Program-made: the position numbers and the translations under genes | Assembly: GCF_032191835.1 (NCBI RefSeq) | Contig: NW_026799990.1 | Span: 62,001-126,000 of the forward strand | Reading direction: 5' to 3' | From: Heteronotia binoei | Taxonomy: Eukaryota | DNA: 64,000 bases | The notes under the pieces: model-generated | Seen by the model: only the letters and a program-made list of their open reading frames with translations | Databases searched by the model: none | Told to the model about the DNA's origin: nothing | Shown: positions 46,344-59,769 of the stretch, piece by piece | Position numbering within the stretch: position 1 is the stretch's first letter | How the letters are laid out: every line of letters starts with the position of its first letter

Positions 46344-49300
46344 TTTCCCTAAAAAAAAACTCTTAAAGAAAATATATCTTGTATAACCCTCAGCATCTTT
46401 GCAATTTTTCTTACCATTTTTCACACTCTCTTCTAGGATACAAAGGAGGTTTGACCAAAAAGGGGTGGGTTTTTTATTATTTTGTTTGTAGGATGCATGA
46501 TATGGAAGTAGGGGGCTGTGAAATGCTTATTTGGTGTGGAACAATTTCTATTATATAGGTTGGCAAACAGAATAAAAGTATCTGATTAAATGTCCTGGTG
46601 CCTATTAAAATTCCCTTAGAGTTAAAAGAGCCACATCATTCTGTCTGAGGAGTCAGCAGCACTAATAATGGAAGTATATGGGGTGAACACAGAGGGAGAG
46701 TTGATGGGTCCTGAGGAAGTACGATCAATAACTTAATGCCACCTCAGTTGCTAACTTTGTCTGCAGCTGAGGCTGAGGAAGAAACTGAAAGTTTCTGAAT
46801 TAGTATGTAATAAAAACAATTTAGTATTAATTGCAGTTAACAAACCAAGTACAAACTGGAATCCCACCAACAAACCATTTTAGGGGCAGCCTGCTCTTGG
46901 ATGTCACAATAAACTAGAATTTAATAACGACGTAAAGTGATGTGAGTGCAGTTGGTTTAATATGGTTGATGCTTTAGTTCAGAAAGAAATATTGAGCATC
47001 AACAATCCAAATTGCCTTTTGTAAATAAATAAATTTGTTGAAATAAATGTATTTTTACATTAGTTTCATATGAAGGCATTCATGAAACAAGCCATGATCC
47101 ACTGCCTCCAAAGTAGTGCTATTAAACCCAATGAGGCCACCTGGAGTACATGGCTTTAAGGGGGTAGTGGCCTCATCTCTGCTGTTTCATTGCTTGGGTT
47201 GTGGAGAAACACACCTTTTCTTGAATACCCCCAAGAATTGAGCCAAAAAGTTAACAAGGTAGAAAGGTGCATTGGAAAGACATTTATAGGATATCTACTT
47301 GGAAATCCTAAATCATTTTCTTTACACTTTGGTGACTGAAATGTTTCTCCCTTAACAATCATCCGTACAGGAATGACTGAGCATGTGATTAACCACTTGT
47401 AGAATAACTTAATAAAGTTCTGACTAACTGTGTAGTTTTTAAAAGAACATGTTAACACCATAGTGTATATTCCTTTCATTGTGATAGCTTCGGGCTCAAG
47501 CCTAAGAGGCATTAATTGTCCTCTGCCCATTAACCAAGTTTGCAATAATTAGATCTCTCAGTTGGCAGTGTTTAGGACAATGGGTAGAGCTTTCCCTCCT
47601 CAACACCATACAACTAAATATTTAATGCATTTGTGCTGAGTTAATGAACATAGCCAGTTATGAAAGGAAAACGGGGGCAAGGGGAGTATTTTATTTTTCT
47701 GTTCATTTTCCTTAATACTCCATTCAAGTCATTAATCTTGCATAAGTGTTCTCCATGTTAAAACATGTGTGGAAATGTTAGGATCTGCCAAGCAGTATGT
47801 CTTATACTCCATACTTTGTTCAGTCACTTCCAAATACTTTTCATGATTTCTGCAACCCACTTGGAAGATGGTCTCAGAGGAAATAATATTTCTAGCTTCC
47901 CATCAAATTTTGTCTTGAAGGGCAAAGGATATGTAATAATTATTATTTTTATTTTGGACCTTCCCTAGCACTTTGATGTAGAACTTGTAACTAAATTCAG
48001 AACTACTAAAAATTCAGACATTTTCTCTATCTAGCGGTTTCAAGAAATCAACAATTGTCTTGTTACAAGGCAATTACAAACAGTTCTCCTTGCATTTTCT
48101 CCTTTAAAATATCCAAGCCCATCCCAACCTTTTTACTCTTATCAAAGTATTGAGCTAAAATCTAATACTAGAGTGCAACTGATAAAACCAGTTTTGAAAA
48201 CATGGACTCATTCCACATGGCTAGTCAGGTGTGTGAATGGTCATGGCAGAGGGAGCGGCATTTTACCCAGTGCTTGAACAGTTTGCAAAGGCAAGAAACA
48301 GATAAGCTCAACAACTACTAAATAAATCTTAGAAGCCAAGCATAGTGAAATCTCTCTTGAAGATGGCCTGTCATTTGGTATGCTTTTATGAGTTTGGTGG
48401 CAAAGAACACATGCTGTTTTTAGTTATTCAGGATCTGGGGAAAGAGTTAATAAAACTGCTTATTAATCATGTTCATACTTTACAAAACCAGAATGTGAAA
48501 TAAATATAAATAAAAAGAAACAATATTAATGATTTGCTGAGACCAGCTTCAGAGTCCCTGCTCTTCTCAGATTAGGCAAGGGGTAATCAGACCGATGATC
48601 TTTTCTTCTGGTCTGCTCCTTTTAGAGAACTCTCCTAAGGGAGGTCCTTCCTTGTGTCTTTCAAATGCTAGGCAAAGTCTGTCCTGTTTCCCTGGAATTT
48701 TGTGATGTAAGCTTGTGGATGCACCTTCAGGTTTTCCCTCTCTCTTCCTTTCCTGCTGTTGCCCATCCCAGGACAATGTGACTGTTGTCTTTTAAGCTTT
48801 GCTTTAGTTTTATATTGCTACTTTAATTTTGGTGGGTTTTAAGATCTTGTTTTAGTGCACTGGTTCATTAATGATTTGTAAGCCACTTTGGATTCCATGT
48901 TGGCAGAATGTCAGAACTTTACAGCATTCTTTTTGTTTGCTTGGTTTTTTTCATATCACATATATTGCACTGGAGAACTCTTAAAACAAGAGTGACTCTG
49001 ATTAACAACAAACCCTTTTCCATCAGATGTGCTTATAGTTTGGATATACACAAGGAACTGTGTCTTCCCTTTCTGAAACCTTTACCACCATTTATCCTTC
49101 ACCAACCAATGATGTGGAGAGAAGAACAGACCTGTGTTCCATGAACTCATGAACCTTTCCCCCTCTCTCTAGCAAGTTAACCTTTTTCTTATTCACATGG
49201 AACCATTCTCAACATAGGCAATTTGAACCCAGCTGCTAGCTTACCATGTCTTGAAAAGATTAACTTTAAAGCCTTAACAGAAGGTTGATGATTTGGCAAC

Positions 49301-49485
49301 AGGGTCACCAACAGAGGGGAGCTGGGGGGAACAGAATTCAGAGGGCCCAAGTCAGCTAGAGTGCTGCTGAAGCCAGTTTCATGCTGCATCCAGACAAACA
49401 TCTTTCCATTTATTTTAATACAGCTCAGGTTGAAGCTAGTAGGGGTGCAGGGAAGTCTGAGCACAGTAAAAGGCATTCCGGTATT

Positions 49486-49880
49486 GGCTAGACCAAACTT
49501 GTTTAACGTAAGAGCCACATAGAANNNNNNNNNNNNNNNNNNNNNNNNNNNNNNNNNNNNNNNNNNNNNNNNNNNNNNNNNNNNNNNNNNNNNNNNNNNN
49601 NNNNNNNNNNNNNNNNNNNNNNNNNNNNNNNNNNNNNNNNNNNNNNNNNNNNNNNNNNNNNNNNNNNNNNNNNNNNNNNNNNNNNNNNNNNNNNNNNNNN
49701 NNNNNNNNNNNNNNNNNNNNNNNNNAAAAGCAACGTTAAATGCATTCTCCATGTTGCCGGTTGGCTTGGCTTGGAGAAGTGATTTAAAGAGAGAAATGCT
49801 TTCTCCAAGCCAGCCAATGGGGAGGTGGGGGCTTTAAGAGCCTCACATATGGCTCCTGAGTCACAATTTAGCCACCCCTG
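49486..49880 (-). mobile_element. hAT MITE (same family as 38287-38569) spanning an assembly gap
   Basis: Both gap flanks are the reverse complement of the 38287 element. Confidence 0.8.
49525..49725. other. Assembly gap (201 N)
   Basis: Run of N. Confidence 1.
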
Positions 49881-49903
49881 GGCTGGACTTCTGTTTCTCC
49901 AAG

Positions 49904-50889
49904 TAGGTTTCCCAATCCCCAGGTCCCAGCGGGGGATCCCCCAGTTTTCCAGGCTTCCCCCCCCTGCCCCCAGCCAGCTGGCCAGCAGGTGGAAGCCCCG
50001 CCCCCACAGCCACCACGTATCTCTAGAGCTCCGGGAGGTTTAGAAACCTGCAAACAGGTCCCATTTTAAAATGTGTGTGTGTGTTTCTGTGTTTGTGTGC
50101 CTTTAAAGTTGAGCAGGAAGCAGGAAACAAGAAGCACTTTATGGGGCTCCGGGAGGTTTAGAAACCTGCAAACAGGTCCCATTTTAAAATGTGTGTGTGT
50201 GTTTCTGTGTTTGTGTGCCTTTAAAGTTGAGCAGGAAGCAGGAAACAAGAAGCACTTTATGGGGAAGGGTCAGCAGCAACTTCATCAGAGCACAGCCCTT
50301 CCATTTGTTTTGCTTACGCTTTCAGAGCAAGTAAATTTGTGGAGGAACCAGACCCAGTACGTGTGTGTGTGAGAGAGAGGGAGGGGGCAGGAAATTCCTC
50401 GGTTTGGAGGCCCTCCCTTGCTTTTGAAAGCTTTAGAAAGTGGGGGGAGGGAGAATATCTACTGGGCACTCTTGTTGTTCCCTATGGAGAACGATTCCCA
50501 TAGGAAACAATGGGGAATTGATCCGCGGGTATCTGGGGCTCTGGAGGGGTATGTTCTTTGAGGTAGAGGCACCAAATTTGCAGCATAGCATCTGATGCCT
50601 TTCCTCAAAGCACCCTCCAAGTTTCAAAAGGATTGGACCAGGGGGGGCAATTCTATGAGCCCCCGAAGACGGTGCCCCTATCCTTCATTATTTCTAATGG
50701 AGGGAAGGCATTGAAAAGGTTTGCAATCCCTTTCAATGTGATGGCCAGAACTCCCTTTAGAGTTCAATTGTACTTGTTCCAACCTTGCTCATGGCTCCAC
50801 CCCCAATGTCTCCTGTCCCCACCCCCAAAGTCTCCTGGCTCCACCCTCAAAGTCCCCAGATATTTCTTGAATTGAACTTGGCAACCCTA
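49904..50889. mobile_element. hAT element (TAGGGTTGCCA family) with internal 118-bp tandem duplication
   Basis: taggtttccca/tggcaacccta termini; TSD tctccaag/actccaag (7/8). Confidence 0.88.
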
Positions 50890-51460
50890 ACTCCAAGACT
50901 AAAGCAAATTTGCCTAACAGATCATGATAAACCTGTCAACGAATCCAGCAATGAAGCGAGACAAGCAACTCTAGGAGATGGCTGCTACACTGTCAGTCTG
51001 CAAGCCTGCTAACCAAGGTCATTTTCTATTAATAGTCTAGTCTTTTTCTCTTCTTTTCCTTGCAGCCAGTTAATCCAGATCTTGCAAAGCAGTAGTTTGG
51101 GTGCTGCAGCAAGATAAAACCACCTTTCCCTCTCTTTCCCTTAATTTTCTCTCCCTCTTTTCCACACTTTTCTTATTCATTTCTATCTCCCTCCATCTGG
51201 TTTTTCTGTGCCTCCCCTTTATTTTCACTTCTTGGTTTCAAGACCTTCTTATCCCATACTTCTTAGCAACATAATGTACTTAAGAGTAGTATAGTAGAAA
51301 TCCTTTGTTACTACTATGAACAGAAGGGAGAGGGGAAATAATTACTATTTCCCCATGATCTAACAAAGTAGTAAAAGGATGCCTCCACCCTTTACATGTA
51401 TAGTAATGGAACATTCTGATATTGGCTAGACCAAACTTGCTTAACGTAAGAGCCACAAAG

Positions 51461-51738
51461 NNNNNNNNNNNNNNNNNNNNNNNNNNNNNNNNNNNNNNNN
51501 NNNNNNNNNNNNNNNNNNNNNNNNNNNNNNNNNNNNNNNNNNNNNNNNNNNNNNNNNNNNNNNNNNNNNNNNNNNNNNNNNNNNNNNNNNNNNNNNNNNN
51601 NNNNNNNNNNNNNNNNNNNNNNNNNNNNNNNNNNNNNNNNNNNNNNNNNNNNNNNNNNNNNNNNNNNNNNNNNNNNNNNNNNNNNNNNNNNNNNNNNNNN
51701 NNNNNNNNNNNNNNNNNNNNNNNNNNNNNNNNNNNNNN
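51461..51738. other. Assembly gap (278 N)
   Basis: Run of N, preceded by the start of another copy of the 38287-family MITE. Confidence 1.
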
Positions 51739-52520
51739 GTTTTAGTGGTTATACATGTGGACTGAATCGTTACGACCATGCTACATTCACCTTGAGAATA
51801 GATCACTGTAATGCTCTCTACATGGGGCTACCCTTGACCCTGACTCAGAGACTACAGCTAGTGCAGAACACTGCAGCACGGCTGTTAATGGGGCTCCATA
51901 GATTGGAGCACATTCGGACAGTGCTGAAAGAGCTGCACTGGCTGCCTATTGTGTTCTGAGTCAGTTTCAAGGTGTTGGTTTTAACCTTTAAAGCCCTTTA
52001 TGGTCAGGGGCCTTTCTCCGCATGTTCCCCAGAGAGCACTGTGTTCAGGAACATAAAAACCTACTGTCCATTCCCGGACCAAAGCAGGCCAGGCTGTGTT
52101 CTACATGGGTTAGGGCCTTCTCGGTGGCAGCACCAGAAATGTGAGATGCCCTCCCGGAGGCCATAAGGGCCCAGCGAGATCTTTCTCAATTCTTCAGGGC
52201 CTGCGAAATTGAACTATTCCAACAGGCCTTCAACACCTAAACCAGGAGAGAACTGCCACCTTACACCGCTGAGGAGCTATGAACATTATAGGATCACCAA
52301 CAGAAAAAGAAAGATCCTGCCTATATCCAAGTTGTACAGCACCACAAAATGTTTTACAATGTTTTTTATTGGTTTATTGGTTTTATTGGTTTTAAATTGG
52401 GTTATGGATGGTTTTATTGGTTTTAAATTGGGTTATGGATGTTTGAACTGTTAGACGCCTTGAGTCCGCTTGCGGAGAGGGCGGGATAGAAATTTAAAGT
52501 AAATTAATTAATAAATAAAT
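51739..52520 (+). mobile_element. L2-clade LINE 3' part, degenerate
   Basis: DYCNALYMGLP-, QN.AARLL-, LHWLP- and VLVLTFKALYG-like remnants; SINE-like tail ttgagtcc...gagagggcgggat. Confidence 0.85.
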
Positions 52521-53167
52521 AAAAACAATTAATCATCATGCACTGGGTTGTTAATCATTATTGTGCTAGTGGAAGATCTAATAGCTTTTTGTAAAAGCTA
52601 CCTTCCTATATGACATTTTTTAATATAATTAAAATTTAGTATTTAATATAATTAAACATTAGATTTATAAGAAATACCATAACCAAGTCTTTCTCCCCAA
52701 TATGGACCAAAAGCTGCATTGCTCTCCTGTCTCCTATTTTATCATTACAACTGCCTGGTGAGGTAGGTCTGACTGAAAGTGTGTCACCCAGCAACCTTCC
52801 ATGTTGGTTTGGGTATCTGAGTATTAAAGATACACAACAAGTTCCTTAAAAGCTCTCTTATTACATGTTTTTTGTCATGATCCTGGCTCAGGGTGTTCCA
52901 CATCCCTTCATTTTTGCACTGTAGCTTCCATCATCATTCTGAGGTTGGTGGTCAGTTTTCAAATACGTAGCATTATTATCTGAGTTATACCTGCCACAGA
53001 GACCCTTAGCTCCAGTTGGGAATAGCACGGTCTGGTGGCAGGTTGTCTGACCTGGGCCAAGATTTTCCCATGCTTTTGAATTTTGACCATGGAACTCCCA
53101 CAATCATCCTGAAGATGGTGGCCAATTTGAGTCTCCTAGCTTTATTCTCAGATGAGTTATGTCTGCA

Positions 53168-53387
53168 AGTATAGTGGTTAAAGTGTCAGGATAGGATTGG
53201 GGAAGCCCAGGTTCAAATCTGCAGTTTTTAAGGGAAGCTTGTTGTGTGACCTTAGGCCAGTCACACACTTTTAGCCTAACCTATCTCACAAGGTTGTTGT
53301 GAAGATAAAATGGAGATGAAAAGAATGATGTAAGCCACGTTGGGTCCCCATTGGGGGAAAAGGTGGGATTTAAATAAAGTAAATAAA
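53168..53387 (+). mobile_element. Squam3-like SINE
   Basis: A/B boxes (agtggttaa, ggttcaaatc) and taaa-rich tail. Confidence 0.8.
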
Positions 53388-53438
53388 CATACATGGACAG
53401 ACACGTCAATTCTGTTATTATTACAGATTAATGATAAC

Positions 53439-54733
53439 TAGGCTTCCCAACCCTCCCGCCCTGGCGGGGGACCCCAGGATTTCCAGCCTTTTCCCCCGCT
53501 CCCCAAAAAAAACGGAAGCGGGGGGAGGGGAAATGGCGCCAAGGAGCGTGGCGAGCCGCCCCATCTCGGAGCGGGCGACGCCACTGCGTGGCTGCCGCCT
53601 CTTCTCCGCTTCACTGTAGCTGCTCCTCTGAGATGGGCTCAGGCTGAGCCCATCTCGGAGGAGCAGCTAAGATGAAGCGAAGAAGAGGTGGCAGCAACGC
53701 AGCGGCATCACTCGCTCCGCCTCTGAGGTAAAATCAGAGAAGGGGAGGGTGGAGGCAGGCCAGGAGCGTGGCGAGCCGCGAATCTGGGTCCTTCTAGGAC
53801 CCGGACTCGCGGCTCGCCATGCTCCTGGCCTGCCTCCACCCTCCCCTTCTCTGATTTCACCTCAGAGGCAGAGCGGAGCGGGCGATGGGCGCTGCTGCCT
53901 TTTCTCCACTTCATCTTAGCTGCTCCTCCAAGATGGGATCAGCCTGAGCCCATCTCGGAGGAGCAGCTACGGTGAAGCGGAGAAGAGCCTCCCCCCCACA
54001 CACACATGCACTTGGCAGGCGCATCTACTCCCTCCCTGGGCTGCAGAAAGGCTGTTGTGCCAGACTTTGAATTCTGAGCTCCCTTTCCATTCTGCACGAG
54101 CCCAGGCATCTCCGCTGCCCCCCCCCCCGCCCATCTCCTTAGCCTCCCTCTCCTTCCTAAAGGCACCCTTGGTCCTCCCTCTCTCTCTGCCCCATTCCAC
54201 AGGTCTGCCCCTCCTTGCTGAATTCAGCAGCAGTAAAAAAACACAAGGCTTCCCCCTCCCACACCAGGTCCTACTCAAGAAATATCTGGGAACTTTGAGG
54301 GTGGAGCCAGGAGACTTTGGGAGTGGAGCCAGGAGCAAGGGTGTGGCAAGCACAAGAGTTCTGGCCATCACATTTAAAGGGGACCACACAGTAAAGCTGC
54401 AGTACTGCAGCTGGAGCCCTCTGCTCACAACCTGAGTTTGATCCCAGCGGAAGCTGGTTCAGGTAGCCGGTTCCAGTTTGACTCAGCCTTCCATCCTTCT
54501 GAGGTCAGTAAAATGTGTCCCCAGCTTGCTGGGGGGAAAGAAATCAGAGAAGGGGAGGCTGGAGGGAAGGAAGGCATTTTAAAAGTTGTGAGGTCCCTTT
54601 AATTGTGATGGACAGAACTCCCTTTGGAGTTCAATTGTGCTTGTCACACCCTTGCTCCTAGCTCCACTCCAGTGTCTCCTGGCTCCACCCCCAAAGTCCC
54701 CAGATATTTCTGGAATTGGACTTGGCAACCCTA
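53439..54733. mobile_element. 1.3-kb composite hAT non-autonomous element with nested palindromes and a Sauria SINE fragment (54391-54540)
   Basis: TIR TAGGCTTCCCAA/TTGGCAACCCTA (10/12) and perfect 8-bp TSD ATGATAAC (53431-53438, 54734-54741). Confidence 0.9.
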
Positions 54734-56433
54734 ATGATAACAGCCAGTCAAGTGCTTTGTACATTTTGTTATTATATTTTGTTTGGATCAGGAACATATG
54801 GGGGCAGATGGAATCTTTGTCTGGGGGCCCATGGTGATACCACTGAACACATTCACATGTTTTAATATGCACCCAAAACAACCCAAGATCTTAATTGCCA
54901 ATGAAGGTTGTGTGGAACTCTTCTTACTATTGCATCCAATCTCACTAGATGCAATTTCCTTAATTTTATTACTTTATTACTTTCCTTTATTGTAGGTTTA
55001 TTCCATTGACCTTCCAATGCAATTCCTTTACAAGATATTTTTATACTTGGGTAGCTTGACTCCATCTAGTGCTTTAGTTACTTTAACACTTAAAAAAAAA
55101 AAAGGTTTGAACTTTGTGGAACAAGAGTGGCACCTAGTGGCTATTCTGAGTGCACTATTTTATTAAAGTCTGGTTTTATTTCTGTTCCATCATAGGCTAT
55201 TCCTTGATGGCAAAGGCTTTCCTTTCATTGCACTGTGCTTATGCAGAAAATGGGGTGGGAGGGAGAGCCTTTCAACAGGGGCTCCAAACAGTTTTGTCCT
55301 TTCAACAGGTGCTCCAAACAGTTTCGTCTTCCTTGACAGGGTATCCTTCCTTCTCCTTCATAAAATGGAGAGTAAAGCTTTTGCTGCCTCAGAACTTCTG
55401 CCTGTTTCATTGTTGTTTCTCTTCTTAACCATTCCTGCTGTCTTATATGTCCTTCCTAGTTTCTTCCTAAATTTTGTCTTTCTCCTCCATTTCTGCCATT
55501 TCTGCTGATTTCTTATACTTTTATTTATTTAACTATAAAGTATTTATATGTCCACCTTTTTTCTAAGCTCCTTTGATGTTTGTGTCCACAGGCCTGCTCA
55601 AACCTGGATCTGCCATTATTGGGGCACAGTGTGTGTATGTGTCATTTAAATCCAAGTTATTTAGATCAGATATCTAAATATTTTAAATGCCAAAATTAAG
55701 GACTATTTTAAATTACATGTTATACTGAAGGTCCATTATCAGATTTACCACTTAAAAACTGACACAGGAGTAGGAGGGACGGTGGCTAAGGAATTTAGCA
55801 AATGTTAACTGTTCTCTCCCCCCCCCCCACTTTTCCTGATGTGTTTTAGAAAGGCTAAGTGTGAACCATATTTACACTGCTTGACCTTAAAAGACACCCC
55901 TTCCAGAGGTGCTGCCATTGTATAGAAAAGCAGCCTATAACTTAATAATTCTGTTACTGCTCTAGTCACACAAAACATATAGAGGCCCAGAATGGACAAG
56001 CCCATTTTCATCTGCGTGGAACCAGCCATTTCAGGGAAGTTAAGATGAGTATTTCAACATGGATAGTAATGTATGCTCCCATTCTCATTGCATATGTGCA
56101 TACAAATTTCACTTGCTAGATCATGGTGAATGTGTTTGAACATTGGTTTAGTCTTGAGACATTACAAGTATAGTCTTTAATGTTTTAAGTTCAGTCAATT
56201 TCAAACAAGATTATTATAGAGGAATACTGTACAAGGAATACTACTTACTGTGGCTTCTCTGTTGAAAGAAGTCTTCCTAGACTAGAAGAAGGCTTCAAAC
56301 TTTGCTCATTTGAATGTTAGGATAGGTATGGGATCTACCCCAATATTGTTTTGATAGACCAGTTATCTGACTACCTTTCTTACATGGCACAGTAAAAGCC
56401 TGCATTTCCTGCACATATGTGCATACACCTGTT

Positions 56434-57329
56434 TGTCAGAAAGTATTCCCAAAGACGGTTAGAGGCCTAGGAGAACAACTCACCTGGCTAAATAGATAAG
56501 ATGCAGCTGTGTGGAAGGGAGGATGTGTCTTGCACTGACTACCAATTATCACAAACCAAGCAATTGAGACTATGGGTCTTCTTTACCTGTGGGAACGACG
56601 CAGCCAATCTGCAGAAAGTTTTGTTTCTCTTCCCTCTGGTGAAGACAAGTGATCAGCAACACAGAGTTACATCATCTCTCAGGGTTTTGATTGGCTCAAC
56701 AGGCCTGGAGCCAATAAAGTCACTTAGCTTCTTAGCCATTCTTGCTTGATGGTGACTGCTCCACCATGCAGTTACTATGCTCCTGGCAGCCATCTTGATT
56801 GCTTGTTCATGTGAGCCATACAGTTTGCTGGCCCTGGGTATCTCTGGAGACAGAGAGCCACTTTGCTGCTGAAACCTTCAGCCTGAGATGGATTAATATC
56901 TGCTAACTTGGAACCTTGTCTTACTGTATTTACTAGAGTTTGAAATGCTTAGTTTTTATTTTCCCTCACCGTTTGTCTTTTAATTATTGTTTTCATCTTA
57001 ATAAAAATAATTCTATCTTGTTGTGGGTTTTGCCTTCACTGACCTCAAATCTAATTCCAGAGCCTTGACCATCTACTGGGTACCTAATTTGCATTTGGAG
57101 ACTCACTCTGCAGGCCTACCCTGCATGGCTGACTTTCTTCTGAATTCCCTGAAAAGCTGGGAGATTTGCCCTTTTGCTTCCAAAGCTGTTGGGATAGACT
57201 TAAAGGACTGGTGGTGACTACCAAGACTTGGGTGAGAGTAGTCTCCCTCTGGTATTTTTGTAACTTTGTTTGCAGCTGCCCTCCCCTAACAAAAGTCCTT
57301 AGCCTGGGTTTGGATGAAGACTTTTGACA
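56434..57329 (+). mobile_element. Solo LTR-like segment
   Basis: TGTCAGAAAGT...ACTTTTGACA terminal inverted repeat, CCAAT/ATTGG boxes, AATAAA at 57000. TSD not clean. Confidence 0.5.
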
Positions 57330-57956
57330 CCCTCTTATTGTTGGTGGTGTGATTGTGTGGCTGCTTATAGGCAGTTGTTTATTAAATTTCTATTAGGGTT
57401 TGCTTACATGAGCATTGAACCTCAGGGTATAATTTTGTTCTGAATTGTTTCTGCCAGCTTTGCTGTTTGAGGTACTGACCACAAGACAAGTAAGTTATCT
57501 TAAAGAGATAACATGGGTGATGACAGAGCTCTTGCATAAAAACTTTTTTCCATTTACTTTCCTTGTTGCTTCAACATGTTTCACTCCCAGGTTGTCTCTC
57601 CAAGAGCATCTTGTAATGTGTACAAGCCCTTAATAATTATGGCCCTGGTTCTCAACTCATTTGAGGCATGTTGTTATCAGTAGGACAGGTGTTAGTGGGA
57701 CTGACTGTTGGAGTGTGCAACTCAATATGCCTGGACTCAGCATGCATTACATCATTCTAAGAGCATATAGGTGTTATCTCCTTGAATTGAATACCTCTTT
57801 GTCTTAACCTAGGAGCTGCCCTCTGACTCCTCTCTCACTTTGTCTTCTCACTTCACATGGCCTTCCATGAGACACAGGTCTCTACTATTGATACAATGCC
57901 TTCATATTCCCACACACATAATGCTGGACAAGCTGGTCATTTGTGATAGGGAAAGT

Positions 57957-58140
57957 CGGGGCCTTTTTTTGTAGAAAAAGTTCAGCAGGAACTTATTTGC
58001 ATATTAGACTACACCTCCTGGCAAAACCATTGTTCCACACAGGGCTTTTTAATAGAAAAGGTGCAGCAGAAACATATTTGCATATTAAGCCACACACCCC
58101 AACACAAAGCCAGTCAGAATTGTGTTCTGGGAAAAGTACT
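57957..58140. mobile_element. Rearranged CAGGGC-family MITE with two octamers
   Basis: Two tandem left arms; ATTTGCAT at 57995 and 58076. Confidence 0.7.
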
Positions 58141-59505
58141 CTTTAGATTAGGCTTCTTTCTCTTCTCTTGACTGCAGCCTGGCTGTGATCTGGATCTACT
58201 TGAATAACTGTATTTTTTTACCTTTTGCAATATACTTCTTGGGAAATTTATTTACTGCACTCAGTACCACACTTCTATGACTGGGCAAAACTCTGCTATA
58301 TTGACCAAATATCCCAATGTTGACTTGTTTTAATAAGAATTTGCTATCAATGACCAAAGCAATAAATATTGCTACAGTCAGTATTTCACACTTCTGGATG
58401 TGTTAAATAGGTTACTTGCTGACACTGCTTCAGTAAAACTTAAATTTTTATCTTTACCTGATAATCTATTTGATCCTCTGGACTATCTCCATGTCCTTTT
58501 ATTAAATATTCTGTTACTGCAAAACAGTGTCTTGCCATTCATTTACACTCACAAGGAACAGCAAGGTAGAAAATGAAACCAGGCAAAATCATAAGGAAAT
58601 CCTTGAAACCCATCATTAGTTATACAGTACCACCGAGAGAGGAACATTTTTCTCTGCTGTGCTGAACACTTGTGCAAATGGCCTGCCAAAATCACTTCCT
58701 TTGCCAGCAGGGCCCCTCTGACAATCATTGCTAGAAAATGTTCAAAGAAGGCACATATATTTTTAGTTTTACAATGTCTGGCAGCTGGAATGCTAACTTG
58801 TGACATTTCAATTGGTTGCTTCATTTTATGTTGTTAGAATGCCACCAAAAGGCCTGATAAGGCAAAGTACTGGGTACTTGAAGTACTTACTATAGTCAGA
58901 TTGAATTAAGGCTACAGAACACATGCACCCCTGTAGACAATTTCACTTGAAGATTAAAATCTACAATAGCACAAGTACCTCTGAAAATCTGTTAATGCGT
59001 CTCACATCAGAGGTAGGTGGTCTCCTTAGAAGCACTTGCATACATTATATTTTTAAGGTCTGGATCTAAAGAGCTATGCTTCTAGTTTCTTATACCCAAG
59101 GGAGCTGTGGAGTTGTAGTTCTTGGCAAGTTGTACACTGTATTATATTGTAAACCTCTTAAGAAGTGTTTAAAATGTGGTTTCTAATATAGCAGAGACAG
59201 AATCCGCAATTGTACTTGTCAGCTCACAAGTAGGCTTTTTAAAACTCTTACAGTATTTCCAAGTCTAACAGAAGGACAAATGAATCTACTTTCTGAACCT
59301 GCCACCTTGCAAATGGGTAAGACTGACAGCTGCTGATACCCAAGGTGTGATGAGGTCAAGAAAGCTTCCATGCTCTCATCATTCCACAGTATGTATATAA
59401 AACAAACCTGTTCAGGAATAAGAATGGTTTCAAAACTTAGATTTCCGTGCTTTGTTTCTTATCTATGTTACACATTACATTAACACATTACACATTACAT
59501 TAACA

Positions 59506-59649
59506 TTAGTGGTTAAGAGTGGCAGGCTCTAATTTGGGAGGAATGGGTTTGATTCCCCACTCCTTACATGCAGCCTGCTGGGTGACCTTGGTCCAGGCAC
59601 AGTTCTCTCCGAACTCTCTCAGCTCCACCTCCCTCATAAACTGTCTGTT
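59506..59649 (+). mobile_element. Squam3-like SINE 5' part
   Basis: agtggttaagagt...gggtttgattcccc...gggtgaccttgg. Confidence 0.75.
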
Positions 59650-59769
59650 GATCGCCATTACGGCAGAAAGAGGTGAACACCCGACCACTTGCTTTCTTTG
59701 CTGCTAACAAGCCTTTGATGTATTGCTTTCCTAGCTCAAACATGGCAATTCTACTCAGCAAGTAAGTTT

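Noticed and set aside
47156-47545. 129-aa minus-strand ORF
   Set aside because: No motif, family resemblance or exon-like boundaries recognised.
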